64,000 nt of DNA from contig CP054187.1 of the NCBI GenBank assembly GCA_015200345.1, positions 416,470 through 480,469 on the forward strand, in the 5' to 3' direction. Shown piece after piece: positions 48,249 to 59,700 of the stretch. The position numbers and the translations under genes are program-made. The number at the start of each line of letters is the position of its first letter. Within the stretch, counting starts at the first letter, position 1. The notes below the pieces were generated by a model. It was not told where the DNA came from. It saw only the letters and a list, made by a program, of their open reading frames with translations, and made no database searches. Origin of the DNA: Planctomycetia bacterium. GTDB taxonomy: Bacteria; Planctomycetota; Phycisphaerae; UBA1845; UTPLA1.

Positions 48249-50039
48249 TCACACCGCCACGGCCGCCACCGGCACGGTGAAGCTGACGCGCGTGAAGCGG
48301 CCTTCTTCACTGGCGATGGAGACCTCGCCGCCCATGCCGTGAACCGCGTGCTTGACGATGGCAAGCCCCAGACCGGTGCCGCCGATGCCGACGCGGCGGG
48401 ACTTGTCGACCTGATAGAACCGCTCGAAGACGCGATCCAGATCGCCGGCAGGAATGCCACAGCCATTGTCTTCAACCTCCAGCCGGGCCATGCCGCCTTC
48501 GTGACGACATCGAATCTCGATCCGGCCGCCGATCCCGACGAACTTGACGGCGTTGTCCACGAGATTCTTCAGCACCAGCTCGAGCCAGCGCGGGTCGGTC
48601 TCCAGCGCTTCGACCTCGTTGACAATCTCAAGCCGCACGCTCTTCTGACGCAATGCCTCGGCAAACACCGAGCGAACCGACGCGAAGACTTCGTCTGGCC
48701 TAAACCGCCGAACGGAGAGGTCGGGCGACTCGGACTCGACGCGGTTCAGATCCATCAGGTCTTCGGTGAGATTCTGGAGCCGCTCGACGTTGCGCGCGAT
48801 CACGGACATGAACCGCTGCGTCATCTCGCGGTCCAGCCCGTCGGCATTGAGCGTCTCCACGGCCGCGCGAATGCTGGCCACTGGCGTGCGCAACTCGTGC
48901 GACGCGTTCGCCACAAACTCCGTCTTCATCGCCGCCGATTGCGCCAACGCCGTGATGTCGCGAATGCATATCAGCCACGCGATCGGCGTCGATGGCTCGG
49001 TCACCCGAATGATCGTGACGCTTAATTGCGCTGCGCCCCTCACTTTGCTTCGCTTCAGTTCTCGGTGCAGTTCATTGCGACCGGCCGCCTGGGCCTCGTT
49101 CCACATCTGCTGCAAGGCCTCATCGGTAACCTGCTCCGTCAGTAGGCGGCCCACCAGTGGGGAATCCACCGCGAGCAATCTTCGCGCCGCATCGTTGGCC
49201 GTCAGGACCAGCCCTGCACGATCGACGGTGATGATCCCCTCCTCCAGGTGACTGACCGTGACCTCCAGGTCCTTCCGCTGCTGCTGAACTTCATGCACCC
49301 GCGCGAGCAGATTCTCCCGCATGGTCTCCAACGACTCGGCCACCTGCCAGATCTCGTCGTCCCCGCCTACCTCCACCCGTTCCTGCAAATCACCGGTCGA
49401 CAACCGCCGCGCCAGGATGCTCACCCGTTGCACCGGCTGCGCCAACGCCTTCGACAACACCCACGCCCCAAGCAGTGCCAGTGGAATGGCGATTGCCAGA
49501 CCGATCGTGATCCACTTAATCAAGGCTTCTTCGCGCCGCTTGATGTCCGCCGCCGGCGCCGCCACGCGAACGACGGCCGCCAGCCGACCGCTTTCGATTA
49601 ACGGCACCGCGATATAGACAAAATTCTCTCCAACCGAACTGCTCCGGCGAAGGTCCTGACCCATGCGGCCCGCCAGCGCCGCAGCCATCTCCGGCCGCTT
49701 CGCGTGATTCTCCATCTCCGACGGATTCGCGTTCGAATCCGCCAGCACGCGACCATCCGGCGCCATCACGGTGAGACGAAGCCCCGTAAGCTCGTGCATG
49801 TGGTCGCATTCGCGCTGCAACGCGGGTTCGTCGAGCGGCCATTGCCGGTCAATCGTCAACTTCGCAAGGTGCGCCTGCTTGATGATCTGGTCCTGCGTGT
49901 AGCCGGCCAGCCAGCGGTGCATGATCTGCCAGGTCACCGCGCAAACCAGCAGCATGCCCAGGCACAGGAGGGCCCCCAGGCGCAAGAAAACGCGCTTGAA
50001 GAATCGCCCCTGCCAGTGCATCTCGGAGTTTCGCGGCAC
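48249..50039 (-). CDS. Sensor histidine kinase (TM-HAMP-PAS-HisKA-HATPase; PhoR-like)
   Basis: H-box FVANASHELRTPVASI, N-box LKNLVDNAVKF, G-boxes VEDNGCGIP and GGTGLGLAIVK. Two TM helices and a HAMP-like segment lie upstream. Confidence 0.85.
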   Translation of the reverse strand: MPRNSEMHWQGRFFKRVFLRLGALLCLGMLLVCAVTWQIMHRWLAGYTQDQIIKQAHLAKLTIDRQWPLDEPALQRECDHMHELTGLRLTVMAPDGRVLADSNANPSEMENHAKRPEMAAALAGRMGQDLRRSSSVGENFVYIAVPLIESGRLAAVVRVAAPAADIKRREEALIKWITIGLAIAIPLALLGAWVLSKALAQPVQRVSILARRLSTGDLQERVEVGGDDEIWQVAESLETMRENLLARVHEVQQQRKDLEVTVSHLEEGIITVDRAGLVLTANDAARRLLAVDSPLVGRLLTEQVTDEALQQMWNEAQAAGRNELHRELKRSKVRGAAQLSVTIIRVTEPSTPIAWLICIRDITALAQSAAMKTEFVANASHELRTPVASIRAAVETLNADGLDREMTQRFMSVIARNVERLQNLTEDLMDLNRVESESPDLSVRRFRPDEVFASVRSVFAEALRQKSVRLEIVNEVEALETDPRWLELVLKNLVDNAVKFVGIGGRIEIRCRHEGGMARLEVEDNGCGIPAGDLDRVFERFYQVDKSRRVGIGGTGLGLAIVKHAVHGMGGEVSIASEEGRFTRVSFTVPVAAVAV

Positions 50040-50129
50040 AATAAGAATTCTACGCGATCAGGCCGCGGCGATCACGTGGATCAGCCAATTCGTGAATTCG
50101 CCTGAAATGCGCCCTCGCTTCGAGCCGGT

Positions 50130-50840
50130 TCAACATTCAACCGGCTCGCCTTGCCAGACGTCGGCGAACCGATAGCCGACGCCCCGCACCGTTTCCACCA
50201 GATCGCGGCAGGAACCGAGTTTACGACGCAATGACGTGATGTGAACGTCGATCGTCCGATCCGTAACCGCGATGTCCGGGCCCATGACCTTGGCCATGAG
50301 TTGATCGCGCGACAAGACCCGCGCCCGCGCCGCGATCAGCGCCTCGAGCAGGCGAAACTCGGTTAGCGTCACCGCGATCGGCTGACCCTCGACTTCGACG
50401 ACATGACGAGCCCGATCCAGCGTCACCGCGCCGGCGCGCAACACCGTCTCGTTCTCGGTCACGCCCGCCCGCCGCCGCAGAACCGCCGCCACCCGCGCCA
50501 TCAACACTTCCATGCTGAACGGCTTCGTCACGTAATCGTCAGCGCCGATTTGAAGCCCGGTCACGATGTCATGCTCCGCCGTCAGCGCCGTTAGCATGAT
50601 GATCGGAATGTGCCTCGTCGCGGAATCCGCGCGAAGCAGCGAGGCCACCTCGCGCCCATTGCGTTGCGGAAGCATCAGGTCCAGAACGATAAGGTCCGGT
50701 TTCTCACGACGAGCCAGCTCCAGCGCCGTGTTGCCATCGTGGCAACTCATGGGAACCAGTTGGTTCCGCTTCAGGTTGAAGCAAATCAGTTCGACCAGAT
50801 CGCGCTCGTCATCGACAACCAATACTCGTGATTGCGTCAT
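50130..50840 (-). CDS. OmpR/PhoB-family response regulator
   Basis: Receiver domain RVLVVDDERDLVEL...DLIVLDLMLP...MLTA. Winged-helix output LTLTEFRLLEAL...VDVHITSLRRKL...VETVRGVGYRF. The start is set at ATG 50840. Confidence 0.9.
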   Translation of the reverse strand: MTQSRVLVVDDERDLVELICFNLKRNQLVPMSCHDGNTALELARREKPDLIVLDLMLPQRNGREVASLLRADSATRHIPIIMLTALTAEHDIVTGLQIGADDYVTKPFSMEVLMARVAAVLRRRAGVTENETVLRAGAVTLDRARHVVEVEGQPIAVTLTEFRLLEALIAARARVLSRDQLMAKVMGPDIAVTDRTIDVHITSLRRKLGSCRDLVETVRGVGYRFADVWQGEPVEC

Positions 50841-51305
50841 GTGTTCGCTCCGCCGCTCCCCCGACCTCCGTGTGCACCCTGAATCGTTGCCCAGCACCGG
50901 CTGCCGTTGTTCACCGGTACGCCGCCAAGACCAGCATTATAAACCCGCCGAAGCAACTCCTGCACCGACGTTCGCTGTGAAAGCTTTGTTAATTCGCGCT
51001 GCAAAAACAATCGCTGGTGCGATCCAACCGCACTCCACCCACGGCACAAAGCGGTTTTTGCGGACGCGTGTTAATTGTTTCTTAATAATCAGTGAATGAG
51101 GGCTTCACAATGCGCAACCTCCGTTAGGAGCCTTTGTTACTCCTTCGTACCATGCCTTCGAATGATCACCTCATGAGACCTTAATGCTCTGAACGCTTGC
51201 GACACCGGACGCGCCGGGTATGATGCAGCCGTCAGCTGGTCAAGACGACCCAGCCCCAGATAGCCAGGCACGATTCGGCAGGCGCGGATCAGGAGCAGAA
51301 TCCCC

Positions 51306-51929
51306 GTGTTCTCGATCATTCCTCGCGATACGGTTTTCTTCGACATGTTTGAGCAGTCAGCCGATTTTGTCGCACGAGCAGCCGTGATTTATTGCGAGTT
51401 GATGGCGGATTTTCCCCGGCGCGACGATCACATCAAGCGCATCCGCCAAGCCGAGCATGACAACGATGAAATCGTGCACAAGGCGCTGGCCAGGATGGAC
51501 ACGGTGTTCATCACGCCGTTCGATCGCGAAGACATCCACATACTGCTGAAAAACATGGACGACGTGATCGACGAAATCGACGCAGCGGCCAAACGGCTTG
51601 CCATCTACAAGATTGATGCGCCGGACAAATGGCTCACCAAGCAGTCACAGCTTCTGGTCAAGTCAACCGCGCTCCTTCGGGATGCCGTCAATCGGCTGCG
51701 CGACCTGAAGCGGCCCAACGGCCTGCAACAGAAGCTCGTTGAGATTCATCTGATTGAGAACGAGGGCGACGAAAACAACCATGCCGCCGTCGCGGAGCTT
51801 TTTGAGAACGCCAGCGATCCGCTTCGCGTCATCAAGATGAAAGAAATCTACGATTTCACCGAGCGTGCGATCGACAGTTGCGAAGACACCGCGGACATCA
51901 TCGAAGCCATTGTTCTGAAGAACACGTGA
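51306..51929 (+). CDS. DUF47/PhoU-like phosphate transport regulator
   Basis: MFSIIPRDTVFFDMFEQ...HDNDEIVHKA...FITPFDREDIH...ENEGDEN match the TIGR00153/DUF47 pattern. It lies directly upstream of a PiT transporter. GTG start. Confidence 0.8.
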   Translation: MFSIIPRDTVFFDMFEQSADFVARAAVIYCELMADFPRRDDHIKRIRQAEHDNDEIVHKALARMDTVFITPFDREDIHILLKNMDDVIDEIDAAAKRLAIYKIDAPDKWLTKQSQLLVKSTALLRDAVNRLRDLKRPNGLQQKLVEIHLIENEGDENNHAAVAELFENASDPLRVIKMKEIYDFTERAIDSCEDTADIIEAIVLKNT

Positions 51930-51942
51930 GATCCTCCGCGGC

Positions 51943-52971
51943 ATGGTGACCTACGTCATCATCATCGTCCTCATCGCCCTGCTGTTCGACTTCAGCAACG
52001 GCTTCAACGACGCGGCCAATTCCGTCGCGACCATTGTCGCGACGCGCGTTCTTTCTCCCCGCGCGGCGGTCCTGTGGGCCGCTTTTTTTAATTTTATCGC
52101 CGCCTTCGGATTCGAGACTCACGTCGCCGCGACCATCGGCAAGGGACTCGTCGCGCCGTCCATCATCAATCCCGACATGATCCTCGCGACGCTCATTGCC
52201 GCCATCTCCTGGACGGTTATCTGTACACAAAAGGGATTGCCCATCAGCGTCTCACATGCCCTCATCGGCTCGCTGGCAGGCGCTGCCATCTGCCGCGGCG
52301 GTCTTGACGCGCTCCAGTGGGGAGTCATCGGCAAAACCGCGATCTTCATCGTTCTGTCGCCCATCATCGGCTTGGTCATCGCATGGATCCTCATGATCAT
52401 CAACCTGTGGATCGTGCGCTATCGAAATCCACACCGCGTCGATCGTGCTTTCCGACTCCTTCAGCTTGTCTCCGCCGCCATCTACAGCCTCTCGCACGGC
52501 CTGAACGACGCACAGAAAACCATGGGCATCATCATGGCCGTGATGATCGCCGAGCCGGCCCTCGCCCAGTATGCCACGCACTCCGGGGACCCGGCTTCTG
52601 GTGAGCCGGCTTTTTGGATCATTCTTTCCTGCCATCTTGCCATCGCGATGGGAACCTATCTGGGCGGATGGAAAGTCGTGAAAACACTCGGCCACCGCGT
52701 CACGAAGCTTCAGCCCATCGGCGGTTTCTGCGCAGAGACCGGCGGCGGCGCGACCATCCTCGCCCTCTCGCAGTTTGGAATCCCAGTCAGCACGACGCAC
52801 ACCATCACCGGCGCCATCTTCGGCGTCGGCCTGACGCATCGCGTCTCGGCCATTCGCTGGAGCGTCGGATCGGAGATCGTGACTGCGTGGGTCTTGACGC
52901 TGCCCTGTTCTGCCTTAATTTCTTCAGTAGTCTACTTTATAGTTGCAAAGGTTGCGGGCTTGTTCGGCTGA
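51943..52971 (+). CDS. Inorganic phosphate transporter, PiT family
   Basis: FDFSNGFNDAANSVAT, PISVSHALIGSLAG, SHGLNDAQKTMGI and GIPVSTTHTITGAIFGVG are PHO4/PiT signatures. Confidence 0.9.
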   Translation: MVTYVIIIVLIALLFDFSNGFNDAANSVATIVATRVLSPRAAVLWAAFFNFIAAFGFETHVAATIGKGLVAPSIINPDMILATLIAAISWTVICTQKGLPISVSHALIGSLAGAAICRGGLDALQWGVIGKTAIFIVLSPIIGLVIAWILMIINLWIVRYRNPHRVDRAFRLLQLVSAAIYSLSHGLNDAQKTMGIIMAVMIAEPALAQYATHSGDPASGEPAFWIILSCHLAIAMGTYLGGWKVVKTLGHRVTKLQPIGGFCAETGGGATILALSQFGIPVSTTHTITGAIFGVGLTHRVSAIRWSVGSEIVTAWVLTLPCSALISSVVYFIVAKVAGLFG

Positions 52972-52980
52972 CGCAGGGCA

Positions 52981-53940
52981 TCAGCGCCCGCCACGGCTCC
53001 GCCGCAATACCGAATCCAATTCCAAAAATCGAAAGTTGATTAACTGCACGATCACGCCGATGCTCGCGGCGATCAGGCTCATGGCCAGCAGCGTGAACGT
53101 CGCCACGATGAACAGCGTCCGTCGCGTCGAATCGGCGCCGGCCTCCCCAAACAACACCCACGCGCCGCATGCCATGCTCAACGCCATCAGCGCAAGACCC
53201 ATTCCACCGAAAAACGTCAGCGGTTTGTAAGAGCGAAACAAACTCAAAATGCGAAAGATTACGCGAAACCCGTCGCGGAACGTGCTAAGCTTCGACACGC
53301 TCCCTTCCGGCCTTTCGCGATACGCTATCGGCACTTCGCGCAAGACCCACTTGCGATACAGGCACTGCACCGTCATTTCCGTCTCAATGTCAAAACCATA
53401 CGCCATGATCGGCAGGCTCCGCGCCACCTCACGCGTGAAGGCCCGATACCCGCTCAAGATGTCCGTCAGCCTGGCACGAAAGATCATGTTGATCATCGTT
53501 CGCACAAGCCAGTTACCGAAAACATGAAACCGCCGATACGCAGCCGCCTCGTTCACCGCCTCGCGCCGGCCGACGACCATGTCGGCCTGACCGTTCAGCA
53601 CCGGCGCGAGCACGTCGCGAACGCGCTCCGCCGGATACGTGTCATCGCCATCGACCATGACGTAGCAGTCCGCGTCTACTTTTTCCAGCATGGCCGCTAC
53701 GACGAAACCCTTGCCCTGTCGTTTCTCTTGCACCACCACCGCGCCCGCGTTCCGCGCCAGCTCGCCCGTGCCGTCCGTGCTGTTGTTGTCAAACACATAA
53801 ACGGTCGCCTCGGGCAGCTCGCGACGGAAGTCCGACACGACCTTCCCAATCGTCGCGGCTTCGTTGTAACACGGCACCAGAACGGCGATTCGCACTGCGT
53901 TGCCGCTCACGGGCCTTTCTGGATTGGCTGACTCCATCAA
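52981..53940 (-). CDS. Family 2 glycosyltransferase with C-terminal TM helices
   Basis: IAVLVPCYNEAATIGKVV, VFDNNSTDGT, MVDGDDTYP (DxD). Two C-terminal hydrophobic helices. Confidence 0.85.
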   Translation of the reverse strand: MMESANPERPVSGNAVRIAVLVPCYNEAATIGKVVSDFRRELPEATVYVFDNNSTDGTGELARNAGAVVVQEKRQGKGFVVAAMLEKVDADCYVMVDGDDTYPAERVRDVLAPVLNGQADMVVGRREAVNEAAAYRRFHVFGNWLVRTMINMIFRARLTDILSGYRAFTREVARSLPIMAYGFDIETEMTVQCLYRKWVLREVPIAYRERPEGSVSKLSTFRDGFRVIFRILSLFRSYKPLTFFGGMGLALMALSMACGAWVLFGEAGADSTRRTLFIVATFTLLAMSLIAASIGVIVQLINFRFLELDSVLRRSRGGR

Positions 53941-54067
53941 TGAACGTCTCCCGGGGTTATGCGGTGCACGGCGGACAACTCACATGAAGAACCTTCACGC
54001 AACGTCTCGGCAGTTTAAGGGCAGCAAGCCTTTGCGCCACGTCGAGCAGGCGGGTACAATCACACGG

Positions 54068-55375
54068 ATGAAATTCGCCGGTTCCTGGATTGTCTTGCTG
54101 TTCCTCGTGGCGCTGACAAGCTGCACCGACCGCGCCGGAAACCGCGTCGCTACGGACGACTGGTTTCACGGTCGGTCCGCGCATTCCACCCCGGACGATA
54201 TCGACGCGACGAATCCCGATGCGACCTCATCGCATACAGCGGCTCCTGGACATTCTTCGCTCCACGATCTACCGGCGGATGCCACGCCCGCTCAACAAAG
54301 AAAAGCCGACCGCGCCTTGGCCGCCGAGTTTGCCAACGCCGCTCCCGCACCACCACCCGGCGCTGTGCTGCCCGATGTTCTCGTCGTCGATGACGAGCGA
54401 ATCAGCGTCACCGACATCCTCGAGCCGATCGAGCACCGCCTGGAGGAATTGGCGCGCTCCCTCCCGGCGTCGAACTATTTTGACGAAGCGGCCAAGCTCG
54501 TGCGTGCGCAAATCGTCGAACACGTCGCACAGCACCTGATCTGGCGGCGAGCCAAGACGCATCTCACCGAGGAAATGGAACCCCAAGTCGACAAAGCAGT
54601 GGGCAAGATGGAGAAGGACCGCATCAATCGCGAGTTCGGCGGCCGTGAGACGCTTTACGAAAAGTACCTCGCCAAACACGGCAAATCCCGCGACGACGTC
54701 AGGAAGCGCCTGCGAAAAATCGTGTTGATCGACAGCTACCTGCGCGATCGCCTCCTGCCGCAGATCAACTCACCGCGCAAGCAGGAACTGATGGCGTACT
54801 TCAACCAGCATCGAGCGGACTTCTCGCGCCCCGAGCGACGCGAAATGTTCCTGATCGACGTCCCGGTCAACGCTTTTCTCGATACGCGACGCTGGCCGAC
54901 GCGCCAGGAACAGCAAGAGGCCGAAGCCAAAGCTCGCATCGAGATCGAAGCCGCCCAGGCGGCCTTGCAGCGCGGCGAACCGTTTGAAGACGTAGCCCGT
55001 AAATATTCACGTGGTCTGCACACCGAATCCGGCGGCAACTGGGGCCTGATCACGAAACCGGCCGGCAACGAATCCGCTCTCCAAGGGCATTGGGAAGTGC
55101 CGTCACGCCGGCTGTTCGAATTGCAGCCCGGGGAGACGAGCGAAATCATTCACGCGGCCAATAGCTTTTTCATCGTTCGCGTCGGGCACATTGATCCCGC
55201 CGAAGAAATGACGTTCCAGCAGGCACAGCCGAAGATCGTGGACACCCTTCGGCAGGAGCGATTCATTCGCCTGCGCACCGAGTTTCTCCAGGCGGAACTG
55301 GAAAAAGCCACCATCGGCTCGCTGGAGGACTTCGTCACGCGTGTCATGCGGGGGATTCCCAAGCCGGCCCGCTGA
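54068..55375 (+). CDS. Lipoprotein peptidyl-prolyl isomerase (SurA/PpiD-like, parvulin domain)
   Basis: Start MKFAGSWIVLLFLVALTSC (lipobox). SurA-N-like helical region, then a parvulin-like block RREMFLIDVP...ARKYSRGLHTESGGNWGLI...ANSFFIVRV. Confidence 0.7.
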   Translation: MKFAGSWIVLLFLVALTSCTDRAGNRVATDDWFHGRSAHSTPDDIDATNPDATSSHTAAPGHSSLHDLPADATPAQQRKADRALAAEFANAAPAPPPGAVLPDVLVVDDERISVTDILEPIEHRLEELARSLPASNYFDEAAKLVRAQIVEHVAQHLIWRRAKTHLTEEMEPQVDKAVGKMEKDRINREFGGRETLYEKYLAKHGKSRDDVRKRLRKIVLIDSYLRDRLLPQINSPRKQELMAYFNQHRADFSRPERREMFLIDVPVNAFLDTRRWPTRQEQQEAEAKARIEIEAAQAALQRGEPFEDVARKYSRGLHTESGGNWGLITKPAGNESALQGHWEVPSRRLFELQPGETSEIIHAANSFFIVRVGHIDPAEEMTFQQAQPKIVDTLRQERFIRLRTEFLQAELEKATIGSLEDFVTRVMRGIPKPAR

Positions 55376-55527
55376 ACCCTGCACAATCCCGTCTCGTTCG
55401 CCTCGGTCCGACCGCCCAGTCGGCTTTCTTTGACAGGAACATGCCGCCTGATTCGTCTTATGGGTACATGCGGCGGTGAGGATTCCCGTTCAAATAGCCG
55501 TCGATCCACGTTCCAGGGGAGCGGTTT

Positions 55528-56610
55528 ATGGCAAGCGCCTCCATCATGCGTCATTTGACTGCATCAACGCTTCTGGTTCTTTTCTTTTCGGTGTATTCAG
55601 CAAGCGCGGATGAAAAGAAACCTACAGCGTCGCGACCGGCCCCGAAGGGCTGGAACATCGAGTTCACCCGGAATCCCAAATTACCGCCCATGTTCCGGCA
55701 ATTGGATGCACGCCGCGCGGACGGTAGCAACCTGTCAATCTACCTGGGCGATTTTGACAACGGCCTCGCGAGCAAGAAGCCCCTCCTCGTTTTCGTCGAA
55801 GGCTCCGGCGCCCACTCGCAATTCATGGTTCGTGACGGAAAAGTCGTCTACGGTCTGTTCGGCTTCATCGCCGACCGCTTCCGGAACGATTTTCACGTCA
55901 CCACAGCCGAAAAGCGCGGCATCGAGTTCGGGTATTTCCCGAAAGAACACTTCGGCTCGGCCGAGGACGCTCCCGAGGAATACCAGCATCACGCGACGTA
56001 CGAAGGTCGAACAGGCGACGTGTGCCTGCTGATTGACACGCTTCTGAAGCAGCCCAACGTCGATGCGAATCGCGTCGTGTTGATGGGCATGTCCGAGGGG
56101 GCGGACGTGGCCGCGCACGCCGCGGCGCGCGACCCGCGCGTGACGCACGTCATCTTCATGTCCGGCGGAGGGCCGACCCAATTCTTCGACCTCGTGACAC
56201 TTCGCCGAAAAGCCATGGCCAGGGACGGCGTCTCCGCCGAGGAGATTGACTCGGCCGTGCGCGAGATGGAGACCGAATACCGCGACATCATGGCCCGCCC
56301 CGACGCGATTGATAAGTTCTTCGCCGGGCACGCCTACAAGCGATGGGCCTCGTTCTGCGCTCATCCACCCGTGGAAAGCCTCGCAACGAGCCGCGCCAAG
56401 CTGTTCCTTGCTCACGGAACCGAGGATCTCTCCGTGCCCATCGAGTCGTTTGATTTCACCGTCAGCGATCTGATCCGCCGCGGCCGAAAGAACGTAACGG
56501 TACGCCGCTTCCCCGGCCGCGATCACAGCCTCGGCGACCCCAAGGCAGAACAAAAAGGACCGCCCATGGTCGACGTGATCGACGAGGCCGTCCGTTGGAC
56601 TCGGCAATAA
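55528..56610 (+). CDS. Secreted alpha/beta hydrolase (dienelactone hydrolase/peptidase S9-like)
   Basis: Signal peptide. Nucleophile elbow LMGMSEGADVA (GxSxG). Distal HGTEDLSVP and DHSL supply the Asp/His region. Confidence 0.7.
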   Translation: MASASIMRHLTASTLLVLFFSVYSASADEKKPTASRPAPKGWNIEFTRNPKLPPMFRQLDARRADGSNLSIYLGDFDNGLASKKPLLVFVEGSGAHSQFMVRDGKVVYGLFGFIADRFRNDFHVTTAEKRGIEFGYFPKEHFGSAEDAPEEYQHHATYEGRTGDVCLLIDTLLKQPNVDANRVVLMGMSEGADVAAHAAARDPRVTHVIFMSGGGPTQFFDLVTLRRKAMARDGVSAEEIDSAVREMETEYRDIMARPDAIDKFFAGHAYKRWASFCAHPPVESLATSRAKLFLAHGTEDLSVPIESFDFTVSDLIRRGRKNVTVRRFPGRDHSLGDPKAEQKGPPMVDVIDEAVRWTRQ

Positions 56611-56628
56611 CGCGCGACCGCGAGTGAC

Positions 56629-56682
56629 AAAAAAACCCCTCCCGCAACTACGGCGTAGACCGAAGTCGCAGGAGGGGTTTGA
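56629..56682. terminator. Bidirectional terminator candidate between convergent genes
   Basis: AAAAAAAA-CCCCTCC-(28 nt, partly self-paired)-GGAGGGG-TTTG. Confidence 0.5.
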
Positions 56683-56712
56683 AACCGACAAGAGTCGTTC
56701 AGTCGCCCCGTG

Positions 56713-59700
56713 TCACGGACCGACGAGCAACTGCACGAACGGATCGACGTCAGCCAACTCCACGGTCCCATTGGCTGACACGTCTGCCGCGCACCGTTCG
56801 GCCGGTGTCGCACTCGGAGGATCGAGCAACACACGGATGAAATCGCCGATGTCGCCACCGTCAACCAGGGTATTCTGGTTCACGTCGCCAGGCGTCGTCC
56901 CCAGACAGGGTGAGGGAACCAGGCCCCAGATCTCGACGTCGTCGATGTTCCAGCCCTGGTACGTGACCGACGAATCGGTCACGCCCATGCCCCATCGAAT
57001 GTATACAGTCGGCTGATTGTCAGCCGCCGGCACATCGTAACTCTGCGACGTCCACGCCTGCTCGGTGAAGGACCCGCCCGAGTGCGTCCAGACGGGCGTC
57101 CAGGTGGTTCCGTTCGTCGAGACCTCGATGTAAGCCTTGTCGAACGTCGCCGATTCGATGCCCAGCCATCGCTTGAACCGCAGCTGCACTTGAGTGATGT
57201 TGGAACAATCAATCGCCGTGGTCGTCAACCAGCGCGTCGGCGTCAGGTTGTTCGTGTAGCAGCCGATCAGGTTGTAGCCGTACACGTTCGATCCGGTGAA
57301 CCCGCTGGTCGGATTCGCGCGACCGGTACCACAGCTTCCGCCGCTGTTGTTCGGCACGCCCCAGGCCCAGCCATTGCCGTTTGGCCCGCTGCCGCCCGGC
57401 CCGGCATCGCCGATCCAGCCCGGATCGGTGTCCAAATTGAAGACATGCACTGGTTGCGGGCCACCCACGGTGATCGTCACCGTCGCCGTATTGGACGCAC
57501 CACCATCAGGCGCAACACCGCCGTCATTGGCTTGGAACTGGAGACTGTCCAACCCGTTGAACCAGCTCATCGGCTGGTAGTTCACGATATTCCCGCCACT
57601 CGCGAGGGTGTACGGCACGGCCGCGATCGCCCCGGCGTTTGGATCCGACAAAGTTCCGTTTGTCGGCAGCGACGTGATGATGTAATCCAGCGCGGCCGGC
57701 GGATCCGGCAACCCGTCGTCCGATGCCAGCAACGTGACGAGGACAGATGTATTCATGGCAGTCGTGGCAACGCCATTCGCGGCCGACGGCGGGCGCGGTC
57801 CGCACGCGCCATGGGCCGAGAGATCGTCCTCGAAGAAATCCGGTGACAGGCTCGTGCTGCCGGAAAGCCCTGCGAGACCGTCCGTCGCGCTGATCGCCAG
57901 CCAAGTGATCTGAATTCGTCCGTCAAAGTACATCTCAATCTGGAACGAATTCGCTCCGCCGGCATTGTGCTCCGGAACGTTCTGATACGTCACGACGGCT
58001 CGATCGGCCAGTTGCTTGTGACTGATGGTCCCGCCCTGCGACGGGTTCAAGTCGTCGAACAACGCCGAGATGCGCGGCCGATTGAAATGCGCCGTCAAGC
58101 TCTCGGTGTAGGTTCCATCCGATGCCGTGAACGTCAGATTGCCGTTGGAGTTGAGGAAGTACGATCCATACGACGCACCATACAACTTCACGGTTGATCC
58201 GCCGGTCAACGTAACCTGAATAGTTCCGTCATCCGACAACGTAACGGGCGTACCACCCGCCGGATCGGTCGGGAAACTTGTGTTGGGATACGAACAGGCC
58301 GAGTAGAAATCAATCGAGCCGTTCGGCACAAAGAGAATCGTCCGATTGTCCAGATCATTATCGCCCGACTCAAAAATCTCCGTGAAGAGATTTGGTATCT
58401 GCGGCGTGTTAAACGTGTAACACGAACCGCCGTTATCATCGCTTCCGGCATTTCCTGCCAGATCGCTCGCATCGACCGCGAAGTAATAGGTGCTGCTGGG
58501 ATTCAGCATCGTCAGATCGATGCTGTGCGAAGTCGGCGTGCCTGCGCCGGGAACCGTATTCGTCAGCGCGCCGCAACTGGTTCCCCAGCGGACCGCACCT
58601 TGAGCGGCCTCATCGGTGGTAAACGTAACCGTGGCAGTGCGGGCCCCGATGTTGATGACTTGCACGTTCGAGATCACCGGCGGAGAGCAGTCCACCGTCG
58701 CGTTGGCGGTCACGTTGACGTTGAAGCCGCCGTTGCCGTCGTCGGCGTCGACGTAGGTCGCCGTCACCGTATCGCCGTTCGCTATGTGCAGCACGCCGGC
58801 CGAGTCGCTCGTCGCGAGGTTGATGCTGCCCACGAACGTCGCCGATTCGGCGGCCGTCTCGGTCAGCGTCACCGTCTCGCCGCCCGGTTCGGTCGTCGAG
58901 GCGATGCTCACATTCACCGTCTGCACCGAACCGTCGTCGGTGTTCAGATCGCAGTCCACCACCCGCAGCGTCGCCGTGCTGGCACACGCGTACTTCGTCC
59001 GATCCAGCGACATCGTCCCCTGGCTCGAGCAGTTCACCAGCAGCGGCGAGGCGCACAGCGAAAACGGCTGCGGACCCTGCGGCACATTGAACCCGTGTAC
59101 CTCCACCCGGTACGCCCCCGGCGCCGGAGCATCAATCACCACCTGTTCAATATTGTCCACGCTGTTGCGCTGCGTCCGAACCGCCGGCGCCGCAGGGTTC
59201 GCGATGCCGCCCAGGGTCCACGGGTAGTACTGCGTGTTGCTCGCATCGAACACCCGCAGGTCCAGATCGTTCACCAGCTCGGGGATCGTGTTCGCCGTGC
59301 CCGGAACGTCGTCCCACGCCAGCGTCACCTTCAACTGCGTGTCCAGCGGACTGACGATCACCACCGCCTGGAACGTCTCGCCCGTCCCGCTGACCGTGTT
59401 CTCCAAAAAATTCCCCGTCCGCATGAAGTCCACCGCCGGCTGAATCCGAACCGATCCGTAACCCGTCTGATAGTCCGGACCCGGATTGAACAGATCCACG
59501 GCCGTATGAGCCAGCAGGATCTTCAGCGTCGAGTTGCGGAAATCGGGATTCCCCGGGAACTGTGCCCGGTAGTCCTGCAACAGCAGGGCCGACAGACCGC
59601 AGACCGTCGGCGAGGCCATCGACGTGCCGCACTTGCTCGTGTAGGCCGTGTCGCTGGCACTGCCGCACGAGGTCACCCCGGCATCCCCGCCGACCTGGCA

